Positions 1-9,737 of a stretch of DNA of 64,000 nucleotides are shown piece after piece; position 1 is the first letter of the stretch; every line of letters starts with the position of its first letter. The DNA lies in contig CAVWHX010000006.1 of the NCBI GenBank assembly GCA_963754925.1, forward strand, positions 1 to 64,000, in the 5' to 3' direction. The DNA comes from an uncultured delta proteobacterium (GTDB lineage: Bacteria; Myxococcota; B64-G9). Under the pieces are notes generated by a model. That model saw only the letters and a program-made list of their open reading frames with translations. It searched no databases and was not told where the DNA came from. A program made the position numbers and the translations under genes.

Positions 1-294
1 GGGCAGCACTTTTGACGGGCGGAACTAGGGCACTCGAGAACTCCGGTTTCCACCTGGTGCTGCTCTTGACTTGATGACCAACGGGCCGGCTAGCGCTGGT
101 CCGGACAAAATCAACATCGCTGTGAGCCTGAGTTGCTGCCGCAACCAACTCGTCTTCCCCGCCCTGGCCGAACAGGCCAAAGAAGCGATCTGGCACTCCC
201 AGTGCCCATGTCTGCACGACCATCATAGTTGCCGTAGATAGGAGGGTCCTGGTAACACCTCAAGCGGATGTCCGCATTGCCGCTGGCGAATAGA

Positions 295-323
295 AAAGGC
301 CCCGGCTTCCTCTCGGGGCCTTT
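295..323. terminator. Intrinsic terminator-like hairpin at the end of the GC-rich opening fragment
   Basis: AAAGGCCCCG-N9-CGGGGCCTTT perfect 10-bp inverted repeat just after a TAG (291-293). Confidence 0.6.
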
Positions 324-329
324 CGATAC

Positions 330-698
330 GAATGACTGACTATAACGGTATTGAAAACAGCATCGAAACTAAGATCCGCTAAGGGGAGTTTGGGGTTAAG
401 GTTGAGGGATCTGGCAGGAAATAATGATCCAGACGCGGGTTTTTTGTGGTGAATTCTCTTCGTTCATTCCATGTCCTTCTACATGACTAAAGTTCATCTC
501 TTCGGGAAGATGAGAGACCCAACTACTCATTAAGTCCAAAATGCGAGTATTTGGTTTTAAGCCTCTTTTCTGATAAAGTTGTTTCAGTTGATCAATAAAA
601 CATTCATCAACATGGGTAACAAAACGAGGATCAGCATAAAACTCAGTATCATTACTTTCATCGAGTTTACTGCGTTGATCGGGTTTAAGTAGAAGCAT
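330..698 (-). pseudogene. Class I SAM-dependent methyltransferase (cyanobacterial type 11), frameshifted and 3'-truncated
   Basis: FY..PRFVTHVD, ILDLMSSWVSHLP, VEGHGMNEE; an alternative frame continues PKLPLADLSFDAVFNTV to ~330. Confidence 0.75.
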
Positions 699-774
699 AT
701 AGCATTCCTAAATGATTTGTGAATCTTTACTCCCCTTCCCCCAAAAGGTGGAGGAGTTGGAGGATGAGGAGACG

Positions 775-1338
775 CTATAAACCTATCTTTTTAGTATGGC
801 ACTTGATAAAGGCAGGACGCGCGGATATTCGTCCCATATACTCAACTACAGCAGGATAGTCTTGGAGGTCTATCTGTAGCAACATAGGAATATAAGCCAA
901 CATTGATCCTACTGCTACATCGACAATTGTAAATTCTGAACCTAAGATATAGAGTTGTTTGGCTAATAGTTGATTAAGTGGGGTCATCAGTTTTGGTAAT
1001 TCTTTAGCGCGACTTGCTTCAACAAAGATACCTGGACCTAGAGTGGCATTAGCAAAAAGTACCCACTGTGTGACTTCTCCCCTAATTTCTGGAGATTGTC
1101 CCAAGTTGCCATATTTCTCAGCAATATAGATTAGGATAGCTCCTGATTCCCAAATTTTAAAGTCTCCATCGACTAAAACAGGAACTTTTCCAAAGGGGTT
1201 GAGGGAGAGAAATGGTTCTTGGCGATTTTCCCCATTAGCTATATCTAAGATAATAAACTCATAGGGAAGATTCAGTTCTTCCAGATACCATTGCACTATA
1301 GATGCTCTACTTCTTGCGCCACCATAGAGTTTTAACAT
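775..1338 (-). CDS. Glutathione S-transferase family protein
   Basis: SRASIVQWYLEEL, NPFGKVPVLVDGD, WESGAILIY GST-N motifs; C-terminal helical domain. Confidence 0.9.
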   Translation of the reverse strand: MLKLYGGARSRASIVQWYLEELNLPYEFIILDIANGENRQEPFLSLNPFGKVPVLVDGDFKIWESGAILIYIAEKYGNLGQSPEIRGEVTQWVLFANATLGPGIFVEASRAKELPKLMTPLNQLLAKQLYILGSEFTIVDVAVGSMLAYIPMLLQIDLQDYPAVVEYMGRISARPAFIKCHTKKIGL

Positions 1339-1340
1339 GA

Positions 1341-1797
1341 TTAAAGCACCTTATGTGTATGTGAATGTTGTTTAACATTGTCTTCTGTCCGCACAACATG
1401 TTCTGCATTGAGAACCCGTTTTTTCTCTAGGGAGAAGTTAAAGTCTTTTTTGGTGCTTCCTAAGGGTATGAGAGATTTAGCTTGTGGACGTCGTTTATAT
1501 GTTCTAGTGGAGCAATAGTTCTCTCAATAAAATCAGGACAAAATTGAGCATCTAAAGGAAATTCGGCTGTTTTTTCTGGGTATCTCCGGTAAATATTTCT
1601 CCTAAAGATTTAGCTGTAGCCATTTCATAGGAGGTCGGAGTTCCTTTGATTAAAGCTTCTAAAGCAGCAGATGGTATGGGTTCTATGACTTTCACAGCTA
1701 ACACCTCTCCTTCTTCTTTCACGAAACAGGTCGCTAGTCCTAGAACGCAGTAGTCTTCTGCGGCTAGATTAGGAGCATTACTCAAAATTGTTGTCAT
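1341..1797 (-). pseudogene. Conserved cyanobacterial hypothetical protein, frameshifted
   Basis: ORF 1552-1797 (GLATCF..EPIPSAALE..PTSY) continues in other frames (FCPDFIER, RTYKRRP, KRVLNAEHVVRTEDNVKQH..THKVL*) to TAA at 1341. Confidence 0.65.
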
Positions 1798-1848
1798 TGG
1801 AAAAAACCTTTTTTCGAGAGTATATTGTAAATCACTTAATATCCTATC

Positions 1849-2455
1849 CTATTCGTCTTGGGTTGAAATTGGTTGTGTCTCAGGTTTAATGACCAGCGGT
1901 AATATATGGTTATAAACTCCCATCGAATTGAGACAGGTGTTAATTTCTGAGACAGCATGGTTATAGAGTTCTATTTTCTGTTCGCTCATCTATCTGTAGT
2001 TTTTGGTTGCTATTAATTATTTCTTGTGCTTCCTTTTCTAAAGTTGCCTCTCTGTACTGACGTGCTTGATCATATTTTTGTAAGATTATTTCTGCTTGTT
2101 TCTCTACCTTATCCAGTAACTCTGTTTTGAATGTGGCGTTGATAGTATGACGAAAATTACGCCGTACAGTTTTTGAAACCTTTGGTTCAAAATCTAGTTT
2201 TAATAGTTGACGTATAGCTGGTTCTGCATCGACAATACTCTCACAATCATATCCTTGCGAAGTCTGTTGTAGAGTCTGCCGAAATTGATAGATAGAGAAG
2301 GTACCTTCATCATAAAAACGGGGACTTTCTCTGATATAGCGATCACATTCTGCTTTGGCATTACTAGTCAAAATATAAATCAAGTTTTCTCTCAAGTTTT
2401 TTGATGCTTTCTTCTATTCCTCCATCTTCTCCCAACAGATTATATAGATAACGAT
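1849..2455 (-). pseudogene. C-terminal part of a cyanobacterial dynamin-like protein, 5'-truncated and frameshifted
   Basis: ECDRYIRESPRFYDEGTFSIYQFRQTLQQTSQGYDC..EPAIRQLLKLDFEPKV resembles recalled cyanobacterial dynamin-like proteins; other frame gives LYNHAVSEINTCLNSMG..DE* at 1849. Confidence 0.6.
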
Positions 2456-2460
2456 ATCTT

Positions 2461-3047
2461 GGGCGGATATCGGCGAGTTGAACAAGCGTCCGCCCCTCAA
2501 CACACTCAAAAGCATTGTTCAGGGTTGTCTGCTCGAGATAGAAAATCTCGAGAAACCGGTTATTGCGGCCATAGATGGGTTTGCGCTCGGAGGCGGATGT
2601 GAACTCGCCATGGCCTGTGATATACGTATCGCGACGAAGCGTTCACGGTTGGGCCAGCCGGAAGTGAATTTAGGCATTATTCCGGCAGCCGGTGGGACCC
2701 AGAGATTGCAACGCCTGGTCGGCATCGGCAAGGCCAAGGAGTTGATTTTTACCGGCGATATCATCAGCGCCGACGAGGCGAAAGAGATCGGTCTCGTCAA
2801 TACCGTCGTGGATAACCCGGAGGATTTGATTAAAACGGCGAAAGAAATGGCCCAAAAAATAATCGGCAAGGGGCCGGTGGCCATATCCTTGTCGAAGTTA
2901 TCGATAAACATCGGCGCTAGTACGGATATCAATACGGGACTCGTATGTGAAAAACTCGCGCAAACCATCGCTTTTTTCACGGACGATCGTATTGAAGGGA
3001 CAGCGGCCTTCTTGGAGAAAAGAAAACCTAATTTCAAGGGGAAATAG
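2461..3047 (+). CDS. Enoyl-CoA hydratase/crotonase (5'-truncated at junction)
   Basis: ADIGEL just after the junction, AIDGFALGGGCELAMACDIRIA, GQPEVNLGIIPAAGGTQRL; both catalytic Glu present. Confidence 0.92.
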
Positions 3048-3122
3048 GTTAAGCTCGGCAATATGGTCGCCGAAGCGGCAGATATTGAATATGTATGTAT
3101 AACAGCATAAAGGTGAAACGTT

Positions 3123-4577
3123 ATGAAAAAAATTGATATCACCCTTTCGGATCTTGATTCACTGTTCCCGAATAATTTTTCCGAGGAGCAAAAGGCAAAG
3201 GCGAAAACGATATTCTTAAAGGAGCTGGCCTTATCCGCCCACAAATTTTACTGCGGAAAGACCATGACCATGCCGAAGGCCGGAATCTATGGCTTTAACT
3301 GGTTCAATGTATGGTACACGCCCGGGGTATCGATGGTGTCGACAACGATACGAGATAATAATGACATGTCCTTTGAATTATCAAACCGGGGCAATCTCGT
3401 TGCCGTTGTCTCGGATTCAACCCGGGTGCTGGGTGACGGCGACTGCACTCCCCCGGGTGGCCTGGGCGTCATGGAAGGCAAAGCTTTTCTCATGAAATAC
3501 CTGGGAGGCGTTGACGCGGTCGCCCTGTGCATGAACAGTCGTAATAAACAGGGAAAACATGACCCGGATAAAATCATTGATTTTGTTAAAATGCTCGAAC
3601 CCAGTTTCGGCGCGGTTAATCTTGAGGACATTTCACAGCCGAACTGCTACAAGGTGCTCGATACCTTGCGAGAAGAATGTGACATTCCCGTATGGCACGA
3701 TGACGCCCAGGGAACCGGCTGTGTGACGGTCGCGGGCCTCGTCAACGCGCTCAAGGTTGCGGGAAAAGCTATCGATAAAGTCAAAATAGTGATGCTGGGA
3801 GCCGGCGCCTCGAATACCACCATAGCGCGGCTGATATTGCGGGCAGGGGCCGACCCAACTAAAATGTCCATGTTCGATTCCAAAGGCGGTCTTCATAAAG
3901 ACCGGGAAGATATCAAGGCCGACAAGGCGTATTATAGAAAATGCGAGCTGTGCGAGGCCACGAACCCCGAAAAAATCAGAGACATTGAGACTGCCATGAA
4001 AGGCGCCGACGTGCTCATAGCTCTCAGCCGGCCGGGACCGGACGTGGTGAAACCGGCTTGGATCAAAAGCATGGGATCGAAACCAGTGGTTTTCACCTGC
4101 TCAAATCCGGTGCCTGAGATTTATCCGTTTGCGGCCAAAGAGGCGGGCGCGTATATCGTTGCAACCGGCCGTGGGGATTTCCCCAATCAGGTCAACAACT
4201 CCATTGGATTCCCCGGCATTCTCAAAGGCGCGCTTCTGGTCAGGGCGAGAAAAATAACCGATGAAATGGCGCTTGCGGCCGCCTATTCCATTGCGAACTA
4301 CGCGGAAAAGAAAGGCATCCATCCGGAACGGATCATGCCGACTATGGACGAAACCGAGGTATTCGCCGAGGAGGCGGCCGATGTCGCGATGGAAGCAATC
4401 AAAAACGGCGTGGCCAGAATTAAGCTCTCGCGGGATGAAGTGTACCGGGCAACCCTCCATGATATCAACGAAGCGCGGGACATAATGAACCTCCTGATGG
4501 AAAAAGATTTCATTAAAAAGCCAGAGCTGCAATTGCTTCAAACCGCCGCAACGAAGGCGATTGATTCAGTGCGTTGA
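3123..4577 (+). CDS. NAD(P)-dependent malic enzyme
   Basis: YTPGV, VMEGKAFL, VNLEDI, WHDDAQGT, GAGAS, SNPVPEI, ATGRGDFPNQVNN. Confidence 0.93.
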   Translation: MKKIDITLSDLDSLFPNNFSEEQKAKAKTIFLKELALSAHKFYCGKTMTMPKAGIYGFNWFNVWYTPGVSMVSTTIRDNNDMSFELSNRGNLVAVVSDSTRVLGDGDCTPPGGLGVMEGKAFLMKYLGGVDAVALCMNSRNKQGKHDPDKIIDFVKMLEPSFGAVNLEDISQPNCYKVLDTLREECDIPVWHDDAQGTGCVTVAGLVNALKVAGKAIDKVKIVMLGAGASNTTIARLILRAGADPTKMSMFDSKGGLHKDREDIKADKAYYRKCELCEATNPEKIRDIETAMKGADVLIALSRPGPDVVKPAWIKSMGSKPVVFTCSNPVPEIYPFAAKEAGAYIVATGRGDFPNQVNNSIGFPGILKGALLVRARKITDEMALAAAYSIANYAEKKGIHPERIMPTMDETEVFAEEAADVAMEAIKNGVARIKLSRDEVYRATLHDINEARDIMNLLMEKDFIKKPELQLLQTAATKAIDSVR

Positions 4578-4696
4578 AATGATCACAACCCCACTATCCT
4601 CTCTTGTTTTGAGAGTGTTGCCACGCTCTCTCAATGTCATTCCCGTGGAAGCGCCGGGTAAGGGTACTATTCCTAAAGAGTGAGGAGCGTCGCATC

Positions 4697-5536
4697 ATGA
4701 GAGAAATTTCGGTCAACGACATCATACCGGTCGTCCGGGATCTGTGCATGGACGCCAATTATAATCTCGGAAAGGACGTCCTTGACGCCTTTGATCGCGG
4801 CATCGACCATGATGAGTCTTTGGTGGCGAAAGAGGTATTGAAGGAATTGGTCGAAAACGCCGAACTGTCCCGTAATGAGAGAGTTCCTCTTTGCCAGGAT
4901 TGCGGTCTGGCGGTGCTTTTTGTTGAATTGGGACAAGAGGTGCACGTCAAGGGCGGGGATCTCAAAGCAGCCATCAATGAAGGGGTCAGGCAGGGGTATG
5001 CCGACGGCTATCTGCGAAAGTCGGCGTGTCATCCGTTTACCCGCAAGAACACCGGCGACAATACACCCGCTATCATTCACTTTGATATCGTTCCCGGAGA
5101 TACCATAACAATAACGTTGGCGCCGAAAGGCGGCGGCAGCGAGAATATGAGCCGTGTCACCATGCTCACGCCGGCGGTGGGCATTGCAGGCGTCAAGGAA
5201 TTCGTCGTCAACAGATTGCTTGAGGCCGGAAGCAATCCCTGCCCTCCCACGGTGGTTGGCGTTGGCATCGGTGGAACCTTTGAACAATCGGCATGGCTTG
5301 CCAAGAAAGCCTTGCTTCGCGAAATAGGAACGAGGAACCCCGACCCCGAAATCGCACAGATTGAGAGAGATATCCTTGACGCCATAAACAGACTCGGTAT
5401 TGGTCCGATGGGCTATGGAGGTACTACCACCAGCCTCGACGTGTTCATCGAAATGGAACCATGTCATATAGCGAGTCTGCCGTTGGCGGTGAATATCAAT
5501 TGCCATTCCGCACGGCACAAACAAGCCGTGATATGA
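4697..5536 (+). CDS. Class I fumarate hydratase/tartrate dehydratase family, alpha subunit
   Basis: PLCQDCG, PKGGGSEN, NPCPP, GIGPMGYGG, PCHIASLP; start taken at MREISV after GAGGAG. Confidence 0.92.
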   Translation: MREISVNDIIPVVRDLCMDANYNLGKDVLDAFDRGIDHDESLVAKEVLKELVENAELSRNERVPLCQDCGLAVLFVELGQEVHVKGGDLKAAINEGVRQGYADGYLRKSACHPFTRKNTGDNTPAIIHFDIVPGDTITITLAPKGGGSENMSRVTMLTPAVGIAGVKEFVVNRLLEAGSNPCPPTVVGVGIGGTFEQSAWLAKKALLREIGTRNPDPEIAQIERDILDAINRLGIGPMGYGGTTTSLDVFIEMEPCHIASLPLAVNINCHSARHKQAVI

Positions 5537-5559
5537 GATCCTAACAAGGGAGCAATGAT

Positions 5560-6117
5560 ATGGGTGGTCCAATACGATTGACGACGCCGCTTTCTGAAAA
5601 AGATCTCGAAAAGCTTAACATCGGCGACAAGGTGTTGCTCACGGGCGTCATATACACGGGCAGGGATGCGGCCCATAAAAGATTATTCGACCTCATAACA
5701 CAAAACGAAAAACTGCCGATACCGCTCGAGGGCCAGGTAATTTATTTTGTCGGACCTTCTCCCGCCAAACCGGGACAGGCCATCGGGTCTGCTGGTCCGA
5801 CCACGAGTTACCGGATGGACGCATTCTCGCCGAAACTTATCGAACTCGGTTTGAAAGGAATGATCGGCAAAGGCAATCGATCCCGGGAAGTGATTGACGC
5901 CATGAAGAAATACAAGGCAGTGTACTTCGGCGCAACCGGGGGCGCCGGCGCTCTCATAGCAAAATCCATCAAAAAGGCCGAGGTGGTGGCCTATGACGAC
6001 CTCGGACCGGAGGCGATTCGGAGACTCGAGGTGGAAGATTTTCCGGTCGTGGTCATAAATGACACGAAAGGCAACGATTTGTATGTCGAAGGCGCCAGGA
6101 AATACAGGAAACCGTAA
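5560..6117 (+). CDS. Class I fumarate hydratase family, beta subunit
   Basis: TGRDAAHKR, AGPTTSYRMD, MIGKG, GGAGAL, DLGPEA. Confidence 0.92.
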   Translation: MGGPIRLTTPLSEKDLEKLNIGDKVLLTGVIYTGRDAAHKRLFDLITQNEKLPIPLEGQVIYFVGPSPAKPGQAIGSAGPTTSYRMDAFSPKLIELGLKGMIGKGNRSREVIDAMKKYKAVYFGATGGAGALIAKSIKKAEVVAYDDLGPEAIRRLEVEDFPVVVINDTKGNDLYVEGARKYRKP

Positions 6118-6636
6118 ATGAGAGAGATTCCCTTTGACGGAAAGATCCCACGGGTGCAATCAAGCTTTATTGCTCCGGATTGTTATGTGATAGGGAATGT
6201 TGTGCTCAAGGAAGGCAGCAGTGTTTGGTTTGGTTCAATCATCCGCGGTGATGTGGCGGTATGCGAGATCGGAAAAGGGACGGTGGTGTTAGAGCACTGT
6301 TACGTCGAAAACTCAATCATCGGGGACTCCTGTATGCTGAGCCATGGCGTGATAGCGCATAAATGCACGATCGGTAATAATGTTCTCGTCGGGATCGGCG
6401 CGCGGATCATAACCGGTTCTGAAATCGGAGACAACTGCCTCATCGGCGCCGGCGCCTTCATCCTGCCCAACACCAAAATCCCGCCGAATTCAGTGGTGAT
6501 TGAGAAAGGAACGGTCGTCAGATCGATACAGGAAAGGGATATTCGGTATATCCAAGATTCGGTCAGGGAAGTGCACGAGAAGGCAAAAATATTAACCAAG
6601 ACGCTCTCAGGCACCAATTATTCAGCCGGCAGTTGA
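6118..6636 (+). CDS. Gamma-carbonic anhydrase-like hexapeptide-repeat protein (CaiE/PaaY-like)
   Basis: VIGNV..SSVWFGSIIRGD, left-handed beta-helix repeats; starts immediately after the fumarase beta stop. Confidence 0.8.
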   Translation: MREIPFDGKIPRVQSSFIAPDCYVIGNVVLKEGSSVWFGSIIRGDVAVCEIGKGTVVLEHCYVENSIIGDSCMLSHGVIAHKCTIGNNVLVGIGARIITGSEIGDNCLIGAGAFILPNTKIPPNSVVIEKGTVVRSIQERDIRYIQDSVREVHEKAKILTKTLSGTNYSAGS

Positions 6637-6652
6637 GTGGAGAAGACGAACC

Positions 6653-7828
6653 ATGACACTCAAGGAAGTTGATTATTACCACGTGTACGATCAGTTCACC
6701 GCTGAAGAACGCGCATTAAAGGAATCGGTAAGAAAATTCCTGGATGCGGACCTGCGGCCGCTCATTCGCGATGCCTTCCAGCGAGAAGAGCCTCTGGATA
6801 TGAAAACAATCGCCCCGCGCATGGGCGGCATGGGGCTCATCGGAGTTGACCTTCCGCAGAAGTACGGTTGTCCGGGCGCGAGCTTTGTCGATCTGGGCAT
6901 TATCTGCCAGGAAGTGGAACGAGTTGACAGTTCCCTCAGAAGCTTTGTGGAGGTTCAGTCGGGGTTGGTGATGACGCCCATCTATAAATTCGGCAGCGAG
7001 GAACAGAAGACGCGCTGGCTTCCCGCCATAGCGAGCGGGAAAACCATTGGTTGTTTCGGCCTCACGGAACCAAACTGCGGTTCGGATGTGGCGTCGATGG
7101 AAACCAAGGCGACCAAGGACGGCAAGCACTGGGTGCTGAACGGCACCAAGCAGTGGATCAGCGAGGCCAGTGTGGCGGATGTCGCCGTCGTCTGGGCGAA
7201 AACCAAAGAGGGAATACGGGCATTTATCGTTGAAAAGGGTACGGAAGGATTTACCCAAACATTCCAAAAACACAAGGGTTCCATGCGCGCCGGGGACGTC
7301 GGCGAACTAGGGTTTATTGATTGCAAAATTCCGGCAGACAATGCCTTGCCGGGAGTCAAGGGCATCCAAGCCACCTTTGCCTGCTTGAACCATGCGCGCT
7401 ACGGCATTTCATGGGGGGCGATCGGCGCGGCGATTGATTGTTATGAAACGGCCTTGACGTATTGCCTGGAGCGGGTTCAATTCGGCGCGCCAATTGCATC
7501 ATACCAGCTGGTGCAGGACAAACTGGTCACGATGCTGATAGAGATTACCAAGGCCCAGCTCCTGGCCTATCGCCTCGGCCGGCTCATGGATGAGGGCACG
7601 GCCGCCCACACGCAGATATCCATGGCAAAGAAAAACAACATCGCCATGGCCAGAATGTGCGCGCGGACCGCGCGGGATCTTATGGGCGCAAACGGCATAT
7701 CGCTCGACAGCTCGCCCATGCGCCATATGGCGAATATCGAATCGGTTTACACGTATCAAGGAACCGATCATGTCCACACCTTGATTTTGGGAATGGATAT
7801 TACCGGTATTTCCGCATTTGGCAAATAG
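6653..7828 (+). CDS. Acyl-CoA dehydrogenase, glutaryl-CoA dehydrogenase-like clade
   Basis: ERVDSSLRSF..VQSGLVM, GCFGLTEPNCGSD, ARYGISWGAIGAA, MGANGI, YTYQGT. Confidence 0.88.
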   Translation: MTLKEVDYYHVYDQFTAEERALKESVRKFLDADLRPLIRDAFQREEPLDMKTIAPRMGGMGLIGVDLPQKYGCPGASFVDLGIICQEVERVDSSLRSFVEVQSGLVMTPIYKFGSEEQKTRWLPAIASGKTIGCFGLTEPNCGSDVASMETKATKDGKHWVLNGTKQWISEASVADVAVVWAKTKEGIRAFIVEKGTEGFTQTFQKHKGSMRAGDVGELGFIDCKIPADNALPGVKGIQATFACLNHARYGISWGAIGAAIDCYETALTYCLERVQFGAPIASYQLVQDKLVTMLIEITKAQLLAYRLGRLMDEGTAAHTQISMAKKNNIAMARMCARTARDLMGANGISLDSSPMRHMANIESVYTYQGTDHVHTLILGMDITGISAFGK

Positions 7829-7854
7829 TGCCCTGATAGGTAGGAGCTCTGAAC

Positions 7855-9690
7855 ATGGAATTTAGATATGATCTGCGAGATTTGAAATTCATCCTCAAGG
7901 AGTGGTTGCCCTCCAAAGAGGTGTTTGCGTGCGATCGATTCAAGGAAAATATCAGTTACGATGACATTGACCTGATGTTGGACGAGGGATACAAGGTAGC
8001 CCGCGAGGTGGTACATCCCCTCAATGCCCCCGGCGATACGGTAGGCGTCAAATTAGAAAACGGCACGGCCATACCGGTTCCGGGGTTCAAGGAGGCTTTT
8101 CAGTTTCTGCAGCAAAATGGATGGGGCTCGAGCAGCGAATGCATCAACATTGAAACCGGCGTGCCCCTGATTCTTTACAAGGCAACCGCCGAGCTCAATA
8201 CCGCCGCCTGCCCGGCCCTCACCTCCTGCATCAAGCTGACCAACGGCGCCACCAATCTCATCCTGCGCTTCGGTACGGATCAGGATCGAACGCGGTTTGT
8301 GCCGAAGATGCTCGACGGCCAATGGCAGGGGACCATGTGCCTGACGGAACCAAATTACGGATCCGATACCGGTGACATCACCGCCCGATCCTTTCCGACC
8401 GACGATCCGCGCATCTACAAGATCAAAGGGACAAAAATGTTTATCACCGCCGGCGATCAGGGCCATTGTGAAAATACCATCCATATGGTTTTGGCGCGCC
8501 CCCAGGGTGGATCTCCCGGGTCCCCGGGCATCGGGCTGTATATTGTTCCCAAGATCTGGGTCAACGAGGATGGCTCGCTGGGCAAGCCAAACGATATCGT
8601 AACCGCTCGCCTCGAGCACAAGATGGGATTGCACGCCCAGGCGACGGCGCTACTCAATTTCGGCGATGATGACGGATGCCGCGGAATCATGCTCGGCCCG
8701 CCTCCCGACGCCAAAGGCTATTCGCAGGGCTTGGCGATGATGTTTCACATGATGAACGAATCGCGGATCGGTACGGGCCACAACGCCAATACCCAGGGGG
8801 CGGCCGCCTATTATTTTGCTTCCCAGTACGCCCTCGAGCGCATTCAGGGAAGGCCGTTCGGCATCAAAAATGCCGAGCGCGTTCCGATCATCAAGCACGA
8901 GGATATCAGGAGAATGCTGTTGGATATGAAGGCCCACGTGGAGGGCATCCGGGCGATGATTTTCAAGGGCTTTTATTATCTCGATCTGCACGGCAACTCG
9001 AGCGACACGGCGAAAGCAAAAAAATACGGCGAATTCGCCGAAATTTTAACGCCGCTCGTCAAGTGCTACGGCAGTGAGAGTAGTCTTAACGTTATCGCCC
9101 AGGCTATTCAGGTCCTCGGCGGCGTCGGCTATACACGGGAATATCCGGTGGAACAGTATCTGCGGGATTCCAAAATTCTCACCATTTGGGAGGGGACCTC
9201 GTTCATTCATGCAAACGACTTGGTGGGCCGAAAGATGCGCATGAAGGACGGTGCGGCCTTCAGGGAATGGATGGCGACTATTAAAGAATTTGTCGAAGCC
9301 AACCGGCAGGCCACGGGATTCGATAGGGAAATCAAGAATCTCACCCAGGGTTATCGCTGCGTGGAGGAAGTCAAAGCCATCTACGATTCCTGGTACAAGA
9401 ATTTTGAGGGAAAGCGGCGATTGATACCGCTCTACGCCATGAAGGCGCTCTTTGTATGCGCCCAGGTTTGTGTCGCCCAATGTCTTATGGAGCAGGCGTT
9501 GATTGCGAGCAAGAAGATTGCGGCCCTGCCCGATGGCGCAGCCGACGCGCTTTTCTATAAAGGGAAGGTTGCGGCCGCCCGCTATTACTCAAGAAACATA
9601 CTTCCCCAGGCATTCCTCACGACAGAACTCATCAAGAGCGAGGAAGATACCGTCTTGACGTGTCCCGAGGAGGCGTTGGTGGTCAATTAA
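7855..9690 (+). CDS. Large (~600 aa) acyl-CoA dehydrogenase, FadE5/DmdC-like
   Basis: GTMCLTEPNYGSD, EHKMGL, MFHMMNESR, QVLGGVGY, IWEGT, C-terminal GKVAAARYY domain. Confidence 0.9.
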   Translation: MEFRYDLRDLKFILKEWLPSKEVFACDRFKENISYDDIDLMLDEGYKVAREVVHPLNAPGDTVGVKLENGTAIPVPGFKEAFQFLQQNGWGSSSECINIETGVPLILYKATAELNTAACPALTSCIKLTNGATNLILRFGTDQDRTRFVPKMLDGQWQGTMCLTEPNYGSDTGDITARSFPTDDPRIYKIKGTKMFITAGDQGHCENTIHMVLARPQGGSPGSPGIGLYIVPKIWVNEDGSLGKPNDIVTARLEHKMGLHAQATALLNFGDDDGCRGIMLGPPPDAKGYSQGLAMMFHMMNESRIGTGHNANTQGAAAYYFASQYALERIQGRPFGIKNAERVPIIKHEDIRRMLLDMKAHVEGIRAMIFKGFYYLDLHGNSSDTAKAKKYGEFAEILTPLVKCYGSESSLNVIAQAIQVLGGVGYTREYPVEQYLRDSKILTIWEGTSFIHANDLVGRKMRMKDGAAFREWMATIKEFVEANRQATGFDREIKNLTQGYRCVEEVKAIYDSWYKNFEGKRRLIPLYAMKALFVCAQVCVAQCLMEQALIASKKIAALPDGAADALFYKGKVAAARYYSRNILPQAFLTTELIKSEEDTVLTCPEEALVVN

Positions 9691-9737
9691 CCCAACGGTG
9701 TAACGGATACGGATAAGAACTACGGAGGAATAAAAAA

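Noticed and set aside
1..293. Possible C-terminus of a phosphoribosyltransferase-like gene (LLTGGT, AALDLM, IIVAVD)
   Set aside because: The motifs lie in different frames and need several indels; too weak to call
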